Shown piece after piece: positions 24,911 through 38,060 of a DNA stretch of 64,000 nucleotides (the stretch's first letter is position 1; every line of letters starts with the position of its first letter). A program made the translations under genes and the position numbers. This DNA comes from Lama guanicoe. Its lineage: Eukaryota. Below the pieces are notes generated by a model. The model worked only from the letters and a program-made list of their open reading frames with translations, made no database searches and was not told where the DNA came from. The stretch is from positions 24,368,433 through 24,432,432 of the forward strand of contig MU054187.1 in the NCBI GenBank assembly GCA_013239625.1, written 5' to 3'.

Positions 24911-25924
24911 GCTGGCTGGGACCCATTCAGGCTATACAAAGTGCCCCTCTAATAGCAACTCTGGAGAAACACAAGCCCCAGACAGTAGACCCAAACATGT
25001 TGGAGGGACATATCATATCTACAGCCTTTTACCTGCAATTGCTAGCTTGTTAGAGGTTCTTTTAATTTCTTGTCTATATCCCCACAATGTTCCCTACAGC
25101 ACTGAAATAGTCAACATATTCCATAAAAAGAATATCTATTGTTCCATTGTGCTGTCTTTGCTTCTCTCAGTTTGATCTCCTGTCTACTCATTTTACAAAC
25201 ATTTCTTTATACGCATATATGTACAAAGATCACTCACCTGCATTTCCCATGGTTTCTAGTGGATTCTGACTCTGCATAGCCAACAATTTTCCCAGTGTAC
25301 ACCTTTTGCATTTTCTCCTCATAAAAACCCTTCAAGATATGTTTTATTATCCCAATTTTACAAGGAAGGTAAGTCCGCACTTAAGGTGATGTAATAAAGA
25401 TAGTCATCACCAGGGTTCAGATCAAAGCTACGCTGCTCCTCAAGTTACTCAGAAAAAAATTAGTGATAACCAGATATATTAGTTATGTGCTAATTTAAGA
25501 GATGCCCGCCTTGAGTGCAAATGTGACCCTAAAAAAGAGAAGCTCAATGAGGGTAACACTCTGTATGGAAGACTTCATAAGGAAAGGGAGGCCTGACCTT
25601 GTCCTGAGGGACAAGTCTGCTTAGAGGACAGGTAAAAGGCAGCTTTGACTAAACGCTACCATAGAGCTCTTCCCGTGGAGCCTGGAAATAGACAACGGCC
25701 AACGTAGGGCACAAGGGAAAATACCCACAGAACAAAAGCTGACTGTTGGGAAGTGGGAGGAGATATGGTTGGACCAGAGATAGGCTAGTTTCAGGAGGGC
25801 TATAAAAACTAAGTGAAGATTTTTTTAAGTTAGTAAAGTACAACTTTTTCTTGTTGATGCTTTTTTTAAAAAAGCATTTTCTCTCTACTGGTAAACTGCT
25901 CATGCTGCTTGACTTTGTTGCAAT

Positions 25925-26225
25925 TCTCATGCATCCCTTAAATTTCAGTTGAAATGTTTCCTCCTCCAGGATGCCTTCCCCAGGAAAAGTGAAGCAGGTC
26001 TCCTCCCACAGGGCTTAGCCAGGAGAATGTAACACTTCTCCTATTAACCTAATAACTTATCATTTGTTTGTGTCCCCCACTGAATTATGGAAGCAATGGA
26101 GGCCAGGAAATGTGTTTTATGTGTTTTGGGATCCCCAGGCTTCATCTTAATGTCTAGCACACAGGAGGCACTTAATAGACATTTGTTGCTTGAATGAATG
26201 AATGAATGGTAAGTAAATGAATGGT
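25925..26225 (+). mobile_element. L2 3' end
   Basis: CTCCTCCAGGATGCCTTCCC...TCTAGCACACAGGAGGCACTTAATAGACATTTGTTG plus (TGAA)n tail. Confidence 0.8.
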
Positions 26226-28479
26226 TATGAAAAAGAGAACTGATAAAGAAAAATGTCTAATAAAAAGCATGCAGAATGGGCTGAAGTAGGAGACACTAAG
26301 AGGCAGTCAGATTACTTATGCTGTAAAGTGTATGGAGTATGATTTGAGCAGTATGTAGGAAGTGCTTTATATTATACGCTATAGTTGAATCACTGTATCA
26401 CACAAGAGGAGTTTAATCCTGTGACCCTGACTATCTAATGTTAGCCTATCAAACTTAATAACATGAAAACATCACTTCAACTTAAATAGATTTGATAAAT
26501 GAGGCAAATATGATTTAATTTGAATCAGAAGTTCTGAGGCAAAAGTTCTTCAGCATTTTTTCTGACAAGGCTTATATGCATGATTCAACAGGAGGATTTA
26601 GAAAATGATTATTAAACTAAACTGTTCACATTCTTTGGATAGTTTTTGGTGGCCATAGTCTAGAGCAATCACTTTAATTTACCATGGAAAAGTCCACCAT
26701 ATTTGAAAACTACAAATAAAAATTTATAACATTATGAATCTACAGTTTCTGATACGCATTACTTTTATACTCTCTTGCTTACCTTACAATGTGCCACAAG
26801 AATATAGCATTCTTTGTGGAGTAAAGGGGAAAAGAATAAATTTCCATAGTCATTTCTAACTGTGGCCTTAAGCAATGGAAGATTTTGAATGTACAAAACA
26901 ATTTAAATTCTCCATTGCACCAAATGAATTGGCCTAAATGAAATTTTATCTGTTGTACCTATTTGGAATCATTGCATCTCCCTTCCTGAAGAATGAGCCA
27001 GTTATTAAGAATAGATGGGATTTGGATTCAAGTTAAATTATATATTAATATTAAAATACATTTCCCTTTAAATTTTTTTTGCATTTATGAAATCATCAAT
27101 TTCTATAGGGAAAAAAGGGATAATTTAACTGATTTCCACCATTGCTCAATGAACACCACCAGCTGCAGGCAAAATCCATTAGAAGAATCTCTACCAGAAT
27201 GAAACACAAATCCAATGAACATTTATATGCAACATTTGGAAATTCACGCTTCAGGCTGATGGAAGTGATTCAAATGACTGCCTCTCATTAAATGCTGAGA
27301 GCAAAACAGAGCCGATACACCACTCTAAATGAGCAACCCTTTCAACTGTCATAAAGGGTAGTATAGTGAGGATCTTAAACATCAATGGCATAACTCAACC
27401 ATTATGTAAGACAATGAAGACAGGCTTAACCAAGTAGTGCATAGATTTACACAAACATATTATTCCAAAACAGAACACAAATAAGGATAAACCACATTGC
27501 TAAAAACAGAATCAATAAATGCCATAACAAGATACTTTTGCTCAGTGTTACTCCCAAATAGTAAATAAGTCTACATTTATTTTTGTTGTATTAAAATGGT
27601 GTGATCTGTCTTTAAAAGATTGCCATAACTGAGTTTTGAATTGTGTGCTTATTGTATCCGTGTTATTCAATACATCTCAAAGAAGAACATTTTAATTCAC
27701 TTTCCATTTTTAACATTTAATAAAAATTCTCTTTTATCTTCTAGATTATTTCAACAACATTGAATTCAATTAGTCTGGAAATTAAAGAAGGATTAAATTT
27801 CATTAGCTCATATATAAAGATGTCCCAGAGTATGACTTAATGACAGAGGTAATATATTGCATGGGTTTTTTTTAAGTAATATATTTTCATGTAAATCATC
27901 AAAGAAAAGTAGGAAAGATAGTTCTCCCTAAACGAACATAGGGAAGGGATAGAAGAGAAAGGTGTGGTAGTTTGACAGATGTGACCACTAAAGGGAGTGG
28001 TAAGATGAGCAATGAGAATGAAAAAAAGAAAAAAAGTAATGATGTAAGTAAATACCACTTTAAAAAGTAGAAGGATTGAGGTAGAGTGCTCAGGAAGTTC
28101 ACACTGGAAGTCTACCATCCTGTATAGAAGATGCAAACATAACCAAAGATTTTTACAATTCTCTTCATCCTGGGGAATTTATGCTTCCCATTTTTCATAA
28201 CATTTCCTACAGCAGTTCCCTACCAGTGGCTCTCGGAGTTTTCTAATTATGCTCCATATTTCTGTCTCATGCCTACAAAATTCTACCAATGAAGAAAGAG
28301 ATATTAGAACCCTTAAGTCATCAAAGTATAGCTTAAAGGACTCATCCTTGTGCCTTCCATTTGTGAGAAGTCTTGGGATGATGATCAATAGAGATGATGC
28401 AGACCAGTGAAAGCAGATATCCTGGGGGAGCAAGAGGCAGCTTGGAGGAAAGATGCTGGTGGGACCTGTGGTGTCCATC

Positions 28480-28985
28480 TCCCTTCTCCCTACTCCCACC
28501 ACCAGATCCACTATCTGCCCTTAACCACCGTGCTCTCTGCCACAAGAAGTTGCCTTTTATGGGACTTTATCACTCATGCTTTTTTTTTTTTTACTTTCTG
28601 GCTTCCATTTTGGTTTGACTAATAAGAATTACACACAAGAAAGTTGTGAGTTAGAAGGAAAAAAGACTGATTAGGCATTTCTTTCCCCACTTTCCTGCTT
28701 TGCCACGCTACTACCTGTATTGGATGATCAGAGCCCCCATCACAGCAGCTATTCCTCCCTGGATCCAAGGTCTCTCCCAGATCCAGCATGACATTTTCTC
28801 ATCTTGCCCCTTCAAGCCTATGAGCAATAATAGCCTCCCCTGTAGCCAGTCCCTGATACTTCAATAGTCTTTAATCATTCATTTAACTCTGTCCACACCA
28901 CAGAAATTGTTCTGCTCACTAACTTCTATTTAGTGAAACCCACTAGGTGTGCCTTCTCTCTGCTGTCAGAATCCTGAAACAGCCC
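28480..28985 (+). mobile_element. ERVL LTR33-like LTR
   Basis: CCCCTTCAAGCCTA...GTGTGCCTTCTCTCTGCTGTCAGAATCCTGA resembles the LTR33 3' half. Confidence 0.55.
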
Positions 28986-29299
28986 TGGGACACTCCTGCA
29001 TGGTACATCACAAATCTCTCCCATGGGAACTCTGGGGAAGCTGGAGAGTTCCGGTCATTCTGGAAAGGTGGAGTGGAAAATAACCACTTTATAAATATCA
29101 TGCCACCTTCTTCCACTGATCTGGATTCATCAACCCAAGAAATTTGCCAGTGATGATTGCAAACACCTGCAACACCTGTCTTTGTGTTGTTGATGAAGAA
29201 GAGGATATTGCTAATAAAATACAATGTGATGACAGTGGACAGATAAAACAAACAAATGCAATTACTACCCATAATCTTTACCCCAAAAGGATAATGTTA

Positions 29300-30078
29300 A
29301 GGAAATAGCTCCCTTATGATCATTCTATGACAGTTCCCTATTTATTTCTTTCCAGCAATATTACAAGGTGTACAAGTTTTCTTGTTTGTTTTTATTTCTG
29401 TTTCTCTCACTGCACAGAAGCTACATGAGGGCCCATGCCTGTACTCATCATTGTGTATCCCTAGGTTAGAGAAGAGTACCTGGCATGAATGAATTATTGA
29501 AAATAAGTTTTCTTAGGTATATTAAGCACTGTACTTAGAGCTTTTATAAACCTCAGAGCCAAGGGGGGAAAAATAAAGTAAATAATTGCAGTAGGGTGCC
29601 ATAAATGCTATGAAATTTATATTTGTTACTCCCTGTAATTGTCTTCACACCTTCCAATGAGTCCTGTATTACTATTTTCATTTATAAATAAGAAAATATT
29701 ATCAGATAAGATAAGAAACTTACCTAATTTCACACAGTTAGTAGTAATAAAGTTAGGACATGAGCCTGTATCTGTCTTACATCTCCCTATTCTGTTTCAT
29801 GGAAGCTCTGAGTATTCAGTCATTGATTAGTTCAACTAATATTTATGTAAATGCTTATCTTATACTATATACTAGTTCTAGGAGTTAGACATATTGCAGT
29901 AAACAAAAGAGAAAAAAAATCTCTTCCTTCATTGATCTGACATTCAAAATTGAAAACACAAACAATAAAAAAATCAGTAAGATATATAATAAAATGTCTA
30001 AGTAGTCATTTCATGAAGAAAATAAAGGCCAAGTGAGGGAATAGAAATAGTGAATGAGTCACTGTTTAAAATTTGGTG
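29300..30078. mobile_element. Mixed L2 and MIR fragments
   Basis: L2 3' motifs (GTACCTGGCATGAATGAAT; ATTCAGTCATTGATTAGTTCAACTAATATTTA) and a MIR core near 29690-29770. Confidence 0.6.
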
Positions 30079-30079
30079 G

Positions 30080-33000
30080 TCAACAGAAGAAAGCTGGAGT
30101 AGCAATACTTATATCAGACAAAATAGATTTTAAAACAAAGACTATTACAAGAGACAAAGAAGGGGACTACATAATGCTTAAGGGATCAATCCAAGAAGAG
30201 AATATAGCAATTGTAAATATATATGCACCCAACATAGAAGTGCCTCAATATATAAGGCAACTTTTAACAGACATAAAAAGAGAAAATGACAATGACACAA
30301 TAATAGTGGGGGACCTTAACACCCCACTTATACCAATGGAAAGATCATCCAGACAGAAAATCAATAAGGAAATACGGGCCCTAAATAACATTAGAGCAGA
30401 TGGACCTAATTGATATCTATAGAGCATTCCACCCAAAAACAAAAGAATACACATTCTTCTCAAATGAAATAGAGACTGAAAAAAAAAAGAAAAAAGAAAA
30501 GATTAATAAGACTAAAAGCTGTTTATTCAAAAAGATAAACAAAATTGATAAGCCTTTAGGCAATTTCATCAAGAAAAAAAGGGAGAGGGCCCAAATTTAC
30601 AAAATCAGAAATGAAAAATGAGAAGTTACAACTGACACCACAGAAAAACAAGGGATCATAAGAGGATACTATGAGCAACTATACACCAACAAAAATGACA
30701 ACACAGAAGAAATGGACAATTTCTTAGAAAGGTACAATTTGCCAAGACTAAACTAGGAAGAAATAGACAATATGAATAAACAAATTACCAGTATTGAAAT
30801 TGAATCTAATTAAAAACCTCCCAACAAACAAAAGTCCAGGACCAGATGGCTTCACAGGTGAATTCTGCCAAACATTAAGAGTTAACACCTATCCTTCTGA
30901 AACTATTCCAAAAAAAATTGCAGAGGAAGGAACACGTCCAAATTCATTCTATGAGGCCATCATCACCTAGATACCAAAACCAGACAAGGATATCACAAAA
31001 ATAGAAAATTATAGACCAATATCACTTATGAATGTAGATGCAAAAATCCTCAACAAAATACTAGCAAATCTACTCCAATAATGTATTAAAAGGATCATAC
31101 ACCACGATCAAGTCAAATTTATCCCAGGGATGCAGGGATTTTTCAATATACACAGATCAATCACCATGAAGAATAAAAACCGTATGATACTCTCATTAGA
31201 TGCAGAAAAAGCTTTTGAAAAAATTCAACACCCATTTATGATCAAAACTCTCCACAAAGTGGGCATAGATGGAACATACCTCAACATAGTAAAGGCCATA
31301 TATGACAAATCTGCAGCTAACATCATACTTACTGAGGAAAAGCTGAAAACATTCCCTCTAAGATCAGGAACAAGACAAGGATGCCCACTCTCACACTTTT
31401 ATTCAACACAGTTCTGGAAGCCTTAGCCATGGCAATCAGAGAAGAAAAAGAAATAAAAGGAATCCAAGTTGGAAGCAAAGAAGTAAAACTGTCACTGCAG
31501 AGGACATAGAAAACCCTAAAGAAGTGACCAGAAAACTACTAGAACTCATCAATGAATTTGGTAAAGTTGCAGGATACAGAATTAATATACAGAAATCAGT
31601 TGCATTTCTATACACTAACAAGGAAATAGAAGAAAGTGAAATTAAGGAAATGATGCCTTTTACCATCACACTAAAAAAGAATAAAATAAACCTACCCAAG
31701 GAGGCGAAAGACCTGTATTCCAAAAACTATAAGACACTGATGAAGGAAACTGAAGGTGACATAAACAAATGGAAAGATATACCATGTTCTTGGATTGAAA
31801 GAATCAATATTGTTAGAGTGGCCATACTGCCTAAGGCAATTTACAGATTTAATGCAGTCCCTAACAAGTTACCAATGACATTCTTCACAGAGCTGGAAAA
31901 GTGTTACAATTTGTATGGAAACACAAAAGACCTTGAATAGCCAAAACAGTCTTGAAGAAGAATGGAGCAGGGGGAATCATACTTCCTGACTTCAGACCAT
32001 TCTACAAAGCTACAGTAGTCAAAACAGTATGATATTGGCACAAAAACAGACACATAGATCAATAGAACAGGACAGAAAGTCCAGAAATCAACCCACACAC
32101 ATGTGGTAAATTAATATATGACAAAGGAGGCAAGAATATACAATGGAGAAAAGACAATCTCTTCAATAAGTGGTACTGGGAATACTGGACAACTACCTGT
32201 AAAAGACTGAAATTAGAACATTCTCTAACACCATGTACAAAAATAAACTCAAAATGGATTAAAGACCTAAATGCAAGACCAGATACTATAAAACTCCTAG
32301 AGGAAAACACAGACAGAATACTCGTGGACATACGTTATAGCAATATATTTTTTGAAACAGCTCCTGGAGTATTGGAAATAAAAGCAAAAATAGACAAATG
32401 TGATCTAATTAAACTTAAAAGCTTTTGCACAGCTAAGGATACCATCAACAAAATGAAAAGACAATCTACAGAATGGGAGAAAATATTTGCAAATGATGTG
32501 ACTGACAAGGAACTAATTTTCAAAATACACAAACAGCTCATACACCTTAATATAAGAAACAAAAAATCTAAAAGTGAGCAGAAGACCTAAACAAGCAATT
32601 CTCCAATGAAGGCATCCAAATGGCCAATAGGCACATGTGAAAATGCTCAGCATCACTAATTGTCAGAGAAATGCAGATCAAAACTAGAAAGAGGTATCAC
32701 CTCACACCAGCCAGAATGGGCATCATTGAAAAGTCTACAAATAATAGGTGCTGGAGAAGGCGTGGAGAGAAGGGAACCCTCCTACATTGTTAGTGGGAGT
32801 GTAGATTGGTGCAGCCACTATGGAGGACAGTATGGAAATTCCTTAAAAAACTGAAAATAGACTTACCATGTGATCCAGCAATCCCACTCCTGGGCATATA
32901 TCCAGAGAAAAATAAAATTCAAAAGACACATGCACCCCAATGTACCCCAATGTTCAGCACTATTTACAATAGCCAAGACAGAAACAATCCAAATGTCCAT

Positions 33001-33222
33001 CAACAGATGACTGGATAAAGAAGATGTGGTACATATATACAGTGGAACACTACTCAGCCATAAAAAAGAATAAAATAATGCCATTTGTAGCAACATAGAT
33101 AGACCTGAAGACTGTCATTCTAAGTGAAGTGTGTCAGAAAGAGAAAGAAAAATGTCATATGACATCATTTACATGAGGAATCTTAAAAATATTAACAATA
33201 ATAATGACACAAATGAACTATT
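30080..33222 (+). mobile_element. L1 ORF2 pseudogene (partial EN, RT, C-terminus) with internal deletions
   Basis: KKAGVAILISDKIDFK (EN), [18 protein letters not shown] and GTRQGCPLS (RT), [24 protein letters not shown]; many stops and frameshifts; FADD catalytic motif disrupted near 31495. Confidence 0.95.
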
Positions 33223-33539
33223 ATTTTCATTTCTTGAATGTGTGTAAGCACATTTGACTGCCCTTTTGATTGGATTACCACATTCTTTTGATTCTTATTT
33301 TGTAGTTGGCTTTATTCCTTTGATAACTATGTAAGTTTAAAAAGCTAAAGATCTAATCTATTCTTGGAAACAATAATTGGTACATATATGTAAACTAAAA
33401 AAATGTGCAGTATACTGAATATATGTATTTACATGCAGTATAATGTGTATGTGCAGTCGAACTGTAATTATTCTACGTAATAAAACTGAAAAAGGAAAGA
33501 AAAGAAAGAAAGAGAAAGCAAGAATATGAACATTCAAAA

Positions 33540-35865
33540 TCACATCAAAAAAATAAAAGACCTAGGAATAAACTTAATGAAAGAAATAAAAGACCTATTC
33601 TCTGACAACCCTAAGACACTGATGAAGGAAACTGAAGATGATGCAAAGATTGTAAAGACATCTTGTGTTCATGTATTGGAAGAATTGATATTACTAAAAT
33701 GTCCACCACTCAAAGCGATCTACAGATTTAATGTAATCCTTATCAAAATACCCATGACATTTTTCACAGAACTAGTACAAATTATTCTTAAATTTATATG
33801 AAACCACAAAAACCCTGAATAGCCACAGCAGTTCTTGAGAAAAAAGAGCAAAGCTGAAGGTACCACGCTTGCTGACTTCAGACTATACCACAAAGCTGCA
33901 GTAATCAAAACAGTGTAGCATTGGAACAAAAACAGATACATAGAGCAATGAACAGAATAGAGAGCCTAGAAATAAGTCCACCCACATATAGTCAATTAAT
34001 CTATGACAAAGGAGCAAAATATACAACTGGGGAAAGACAGCCTCCATAATAAGTGGTGCTGGGAAAACTGGGCGTCTACATGTGTAAAAAAATTAGATAT
34101 TTTCTTACACTATACACTAAAATCAACTAAAAATGTATTAAAGACCTAAATGTATAGCACAGGGAAATATATTCAAGATCTTGTGGTAGCTCACAGTGAA
34201 AAAGAATGTGACAATGAATATATGTATGTTCACGCATAACTGAAAAATTGTACTCTACACTGGAAATTGACACAACACTGTAAACTGACTATATAGCTCA
34301 ATAAAAAAGTTTTCAAAACCCAGTCAAAGCAAAACATAAATAAGTAAGTAAGTAAGTAAATAAATAAATAAATCATAAGACTCCTATGAGAAAACATCGG
34401 CAATACATTCTTTTTCATAGTCTAACCAAAATTTTTTGGGTGTTTCTCCCCAGACAAAAGAAATAAAATCAGAAGTAAATAAATGAGACCTAGTTAAACT
34501 TAAAAGTTTTGGCACTCAAAGGAAACTTAAACAAGCAAGAGAGTATCTACTGAGTAGGAGAAAATATTTGAAAATGATATGTCCGGTAAGGGGTTAATAG
34601 CCAAAACATATAAACAGCTCGTACAACTCAGTATCAATAAAACAAACAACCCAATTAAAAAATGACCAGAAGACCTGCATAAACATTTTTCCAAAGAAGA
34701 CATACAGGTAGCCAGTAAGCACTTTAAAAGATGTTCAGCATTGCTAGTCATGAGGGACACACAAATTTAAACCACAGAGAGGCATCAGCTCACACTTTTC
34801 AGAACGGCTGAAGTGCCAAAAGGACAACAAATGGCAAGTCTTGGCAAGGATGTGGAGAAAAGGGAGCCCTAGTGCACTGTCAGAGGGAATGTAAATTGGT
34901 GCAGCCACTGTGGAAAACAGTATGGATTTTCCTCAAAAAACTAACAAGACATTTCTCCAAAGAAGACATACGGGCAGCCAGCAAGCACTTTGAACGATGG
35001 TCAGCATTGCTAGTCATGGGGGATACACAAATGTAAACCACAGAGAGGCATCAGCTCACACTTTCAGAACGGCTGAAGTGCCAAAAGGACAGCAAGTGGC
35101 AGGTCTTGGCAAGGATGTGGGAAAAGGGAGCCCCAGTGCACTGTCGGAGGGAATGTAAACTGGTGCAGCCACTGTGGAAAACAGTATGGATTTTCCTCAA
35201 AAAACTAACATTACAAATGCCATGTGATCCAGAAACTCCACTCTGCGTACGCATCCAAAGAAAAACCGCAAATTAGAAAATACATACGCACCAACGTTCA
35301 TAACAGCATTATTTACGACAGCCAAGACACGAGGGCAACCTAAAAGTCTCCATCAGCAGAGGAATAGATAACGGAGATGCGGTGTATACGCGTGTGTGTA
35401 TACACATATAAAATGTCACGTTACTCAGTCTCAAAAAAGAATAAAATCTTGCCACTTTCAACATTATGGATGGACCTGAAGGGTGTTTTTCTTAGGGGAA
35501 AAAAAAAAGTCAGCGAAAGACAGTATGTTTTCACTTACAAGCAGACTTTAAAAATAAAACAAACAAATTAATACAGCAAAACAGAAACAGAGTCACTGAT
35601 ACAGAAAACAAATGAAAGCTTACCATTTGGAGAAGGAATCAGAGGAGGGGAAAGATAAGGCTGGGGCTCAAGAGGTATAAACTACTATGTATAAACTAAA
35701 CAGTAAATAAGATACAAAGATGTAATGTACAGTGCAGGGAACATAGCCAATATTTTATAATCATTTTATATGGAGCATATTGAATAAAAATATTGAATCA
35801 CTATGTTGTACACCTGAAACTAATATAATATTGTAAATCAACTGTACTTTAATTTTTTTAAAGAA
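33540..35865 (+). mobile_element. Older L1 (ORF2 3' half and 3'UTR) carrying a young L1 tail insertion (~34152-34370) and a tandem duplication
   Basis: [21 protein letters not shown]; 3'UTR ends GTTGTACACCTGAAACTAATATAATATTGTAAATCAACT. Confidence 0.9.
34681..35210 (+). repeat. Direct tandem duplication, 266 bp + 264 bp (34681-34946; 34947-35210)
   Basis: Manual alignment gives 17 substitutions and two 1-bp indels. Confidence 0.95.
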
Positions 35866-35904
35866 ACTACTTTTTTGTTCATTTTCATAAAATCCTTTCT
35901 TCTT

Positions 35905-36700
35905 ATATGAGTTTTCTGTTGCTGTAAAACAAACTTAGCTGCTTATAACAACACACATTTGTTCCCTCACAGTTTCTGTGGGTCAAGAGTCCAGTCAAGC
36001 TAAGCTGCACCCTGAGCAGGGCTGCATTTAGGGGTGTCAGCCGGTGCTCGGGTCACATCTGAACACGTGGCTGGGGAACGGTTCACTTCCAAGCTCACGC
36101 AGGCTGTTGGCAGAATTCACTCCCTTGTGGCTGTGAGACTGAAGACCTCGGTTTTTTGCTGTTGACTAGAGACTACTCCGTGCTGCACAGGCCCCTTATT
36201 TCTTCAAAATCTGCAAGGGAGAAAGTTCCTTGAGTAAGTCTGCTTGCAAAATAGTTTTATATAAAATAACATGATCACAGGAGTACCATCCTGTCACCTT
36301 TGCCATGTTCCATTGGCTAGAAGCAAGTCACAGGTCTGACTCACACTCAAGTGGAGGGGTTTATACAAGGGCGACGCTACCAGGAGGTGACAATAATGGG
36401 GGCCACCTTAAAGTCTGCCCTCCACAGTCTGCCTCTTTGGCCTCCAACGATACACATCCCTGCCACACGCAAAATACATTCATCCCCTTACCAAGTCTCT
36501 TATTATAGCACCATACGATACCATCCTAACATAACCTCAGTTCAAAGGCCTAAATCTCCTCATCTGAATCAGGTCCAGGTGAGGCCGACATTGCATAACC
36601 CTGGATACAATGCATTAGTTATAGCTCCTGGGACACAGGTCCTCTCCATCTGTGGACCCATGAAACTAAAGAGCAAGTCATCCACCCGAGTCCTCTGCAA
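35905..36700 (-). mobile_element. MaLR MLT1 LTR (~35905-36427) with adjoining MLT1 internal sequence
   Basis: CACACATTTGTTCCCTCACAGTTTCTGTGGGTCAAGAGTCCAG...CCATTGGCTAGAAGCAAGTCACAGG...AAAGTCTGCCCTCCACA, then MLT-int-like CAAAATACATTCATCCCC. Confidence 0.75.
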
Positions 36701-37059
36701 CTAGAATCTTTGCTCTGTGAATGTGGAGACTAAGCCAGTTTTGTTCACTGCCTTATTGCCAAATGAGCACTATACTTAACTCATAATAGATGCTTAATAA
36801 ATGCTACTGAATAATTAATGCATAATTTAAATCTCCGCAAACATACAGAACCTAGTCCTGAGGTTTGATAAGGACTCAGACCCAGAGAATGAGGCTCAAG
36901 GCTGAGAAACAAATCATTAAAACTAGAAAAGAGCAGTTTGAACATGAAATGAAGGAAAGGAAGGAAGGAAGGGAGGAAATAGCAGGACCAGAGTATATGA
37001 TCTAAACAAGACCAGGAACAGAGGATGCTACTGAACCAGGTGATTTTGTCATTTCATTA

Positions 37060-38060
37060 CTCCATTTAATAAATACATATCAGCATTACAAACATTTTAT
37101 AATGCGAAAAATTGTGGCCCCCCAGATACAATAGTGAACAAGACACAGCCCCTGAATTCAAAGACCAAGTCTAGTGGGAGAGACCAAGTACAAGCTGATA
37201 AATACCAAAATGTTTAAACAGAAGGTTAATGGAATACATGGGGAAAATCACTACTCCTGTATGAGGGGACCTCAGAGAAGTTGTCCCAGGGGCTATAATG
37301 TAGTCTATGTGCAGTCTTAAAGATAAGTAAGATTTAATTCCATCACTGCTACCTGGATTATGCTGGAGAGGGGAAGGAGAGATGTTCCAGGAAGAGAAGA
37401 AAAATGCGTGTTAAAATCCCAGCAGTGTAAAAGAGCATGGCATATTCAGGGAACCAAAAAAAAAGTCCTGGAGTGTAGAGTAAGATGAGGAAAAGTGCTG
37501 AAAATTGAAACTGAACACTTGATGAAAGGGGACCAGATGATGATATCAAATTTGAACTTATTTTTAGATCAGTGGAGAACTATCAGAGTTTCAAATAAGG
37601 AAATTTAAAAATTGAACGTATGCTTTAGAAAGATCACCCTGACTAATGTGGAAAATCAATTGGACTGGGAAAGATTTAAAGACAGAGAGACTGGCTAGGA
37701 GGAAGCGACTGCTGGAATCTAAGTAAGAAATAGAGGACGGGGGAAGGGCAGAGGCAAAGAGCACAGAGGAATTGCTGAGCAGCGTGGGGGGAGCAGACAG
37801 GAGGAGCTAGGGATGGGCTGCATCTTGGGGTTGGGGGCAGGTGAGAGAGAGAGGAGATATGGATGAGTACCAGTATTCTGCTTTGAAAACTGGTTAAATA
37901 GTGGTACTGTTTGCTGAAGCAAAAATAAAGTCACAGAAGAGGTTGAGCCGTCTAGAGTATTTTAATTTTGAGTTGTCTCTTGGAATTCTAGGTGGAGAGA
38001 CCTTGAAGGCAATTGGATAGATCTGGCTCTGGACTGCAAGAAAAAAATTTGATCCAGGGT
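37060..38060 (-). mobile_element. L2 fragment
   Basis: TCCATTTAATAAATACATAT...GTGAACAAGACACAGCCCCTG...TTTAGAAAGATCACCCTGACT. Confidence 0.75.

Noticed and set aside
30054..33096. Cluster of ORFs with endonuclease and reverse transcriptase motifs as a functional gene or novel RT system
   Set aside because: Standard LINE-1 ORF2 broken by stops, frameshifts and deletions, including the catalytic motif
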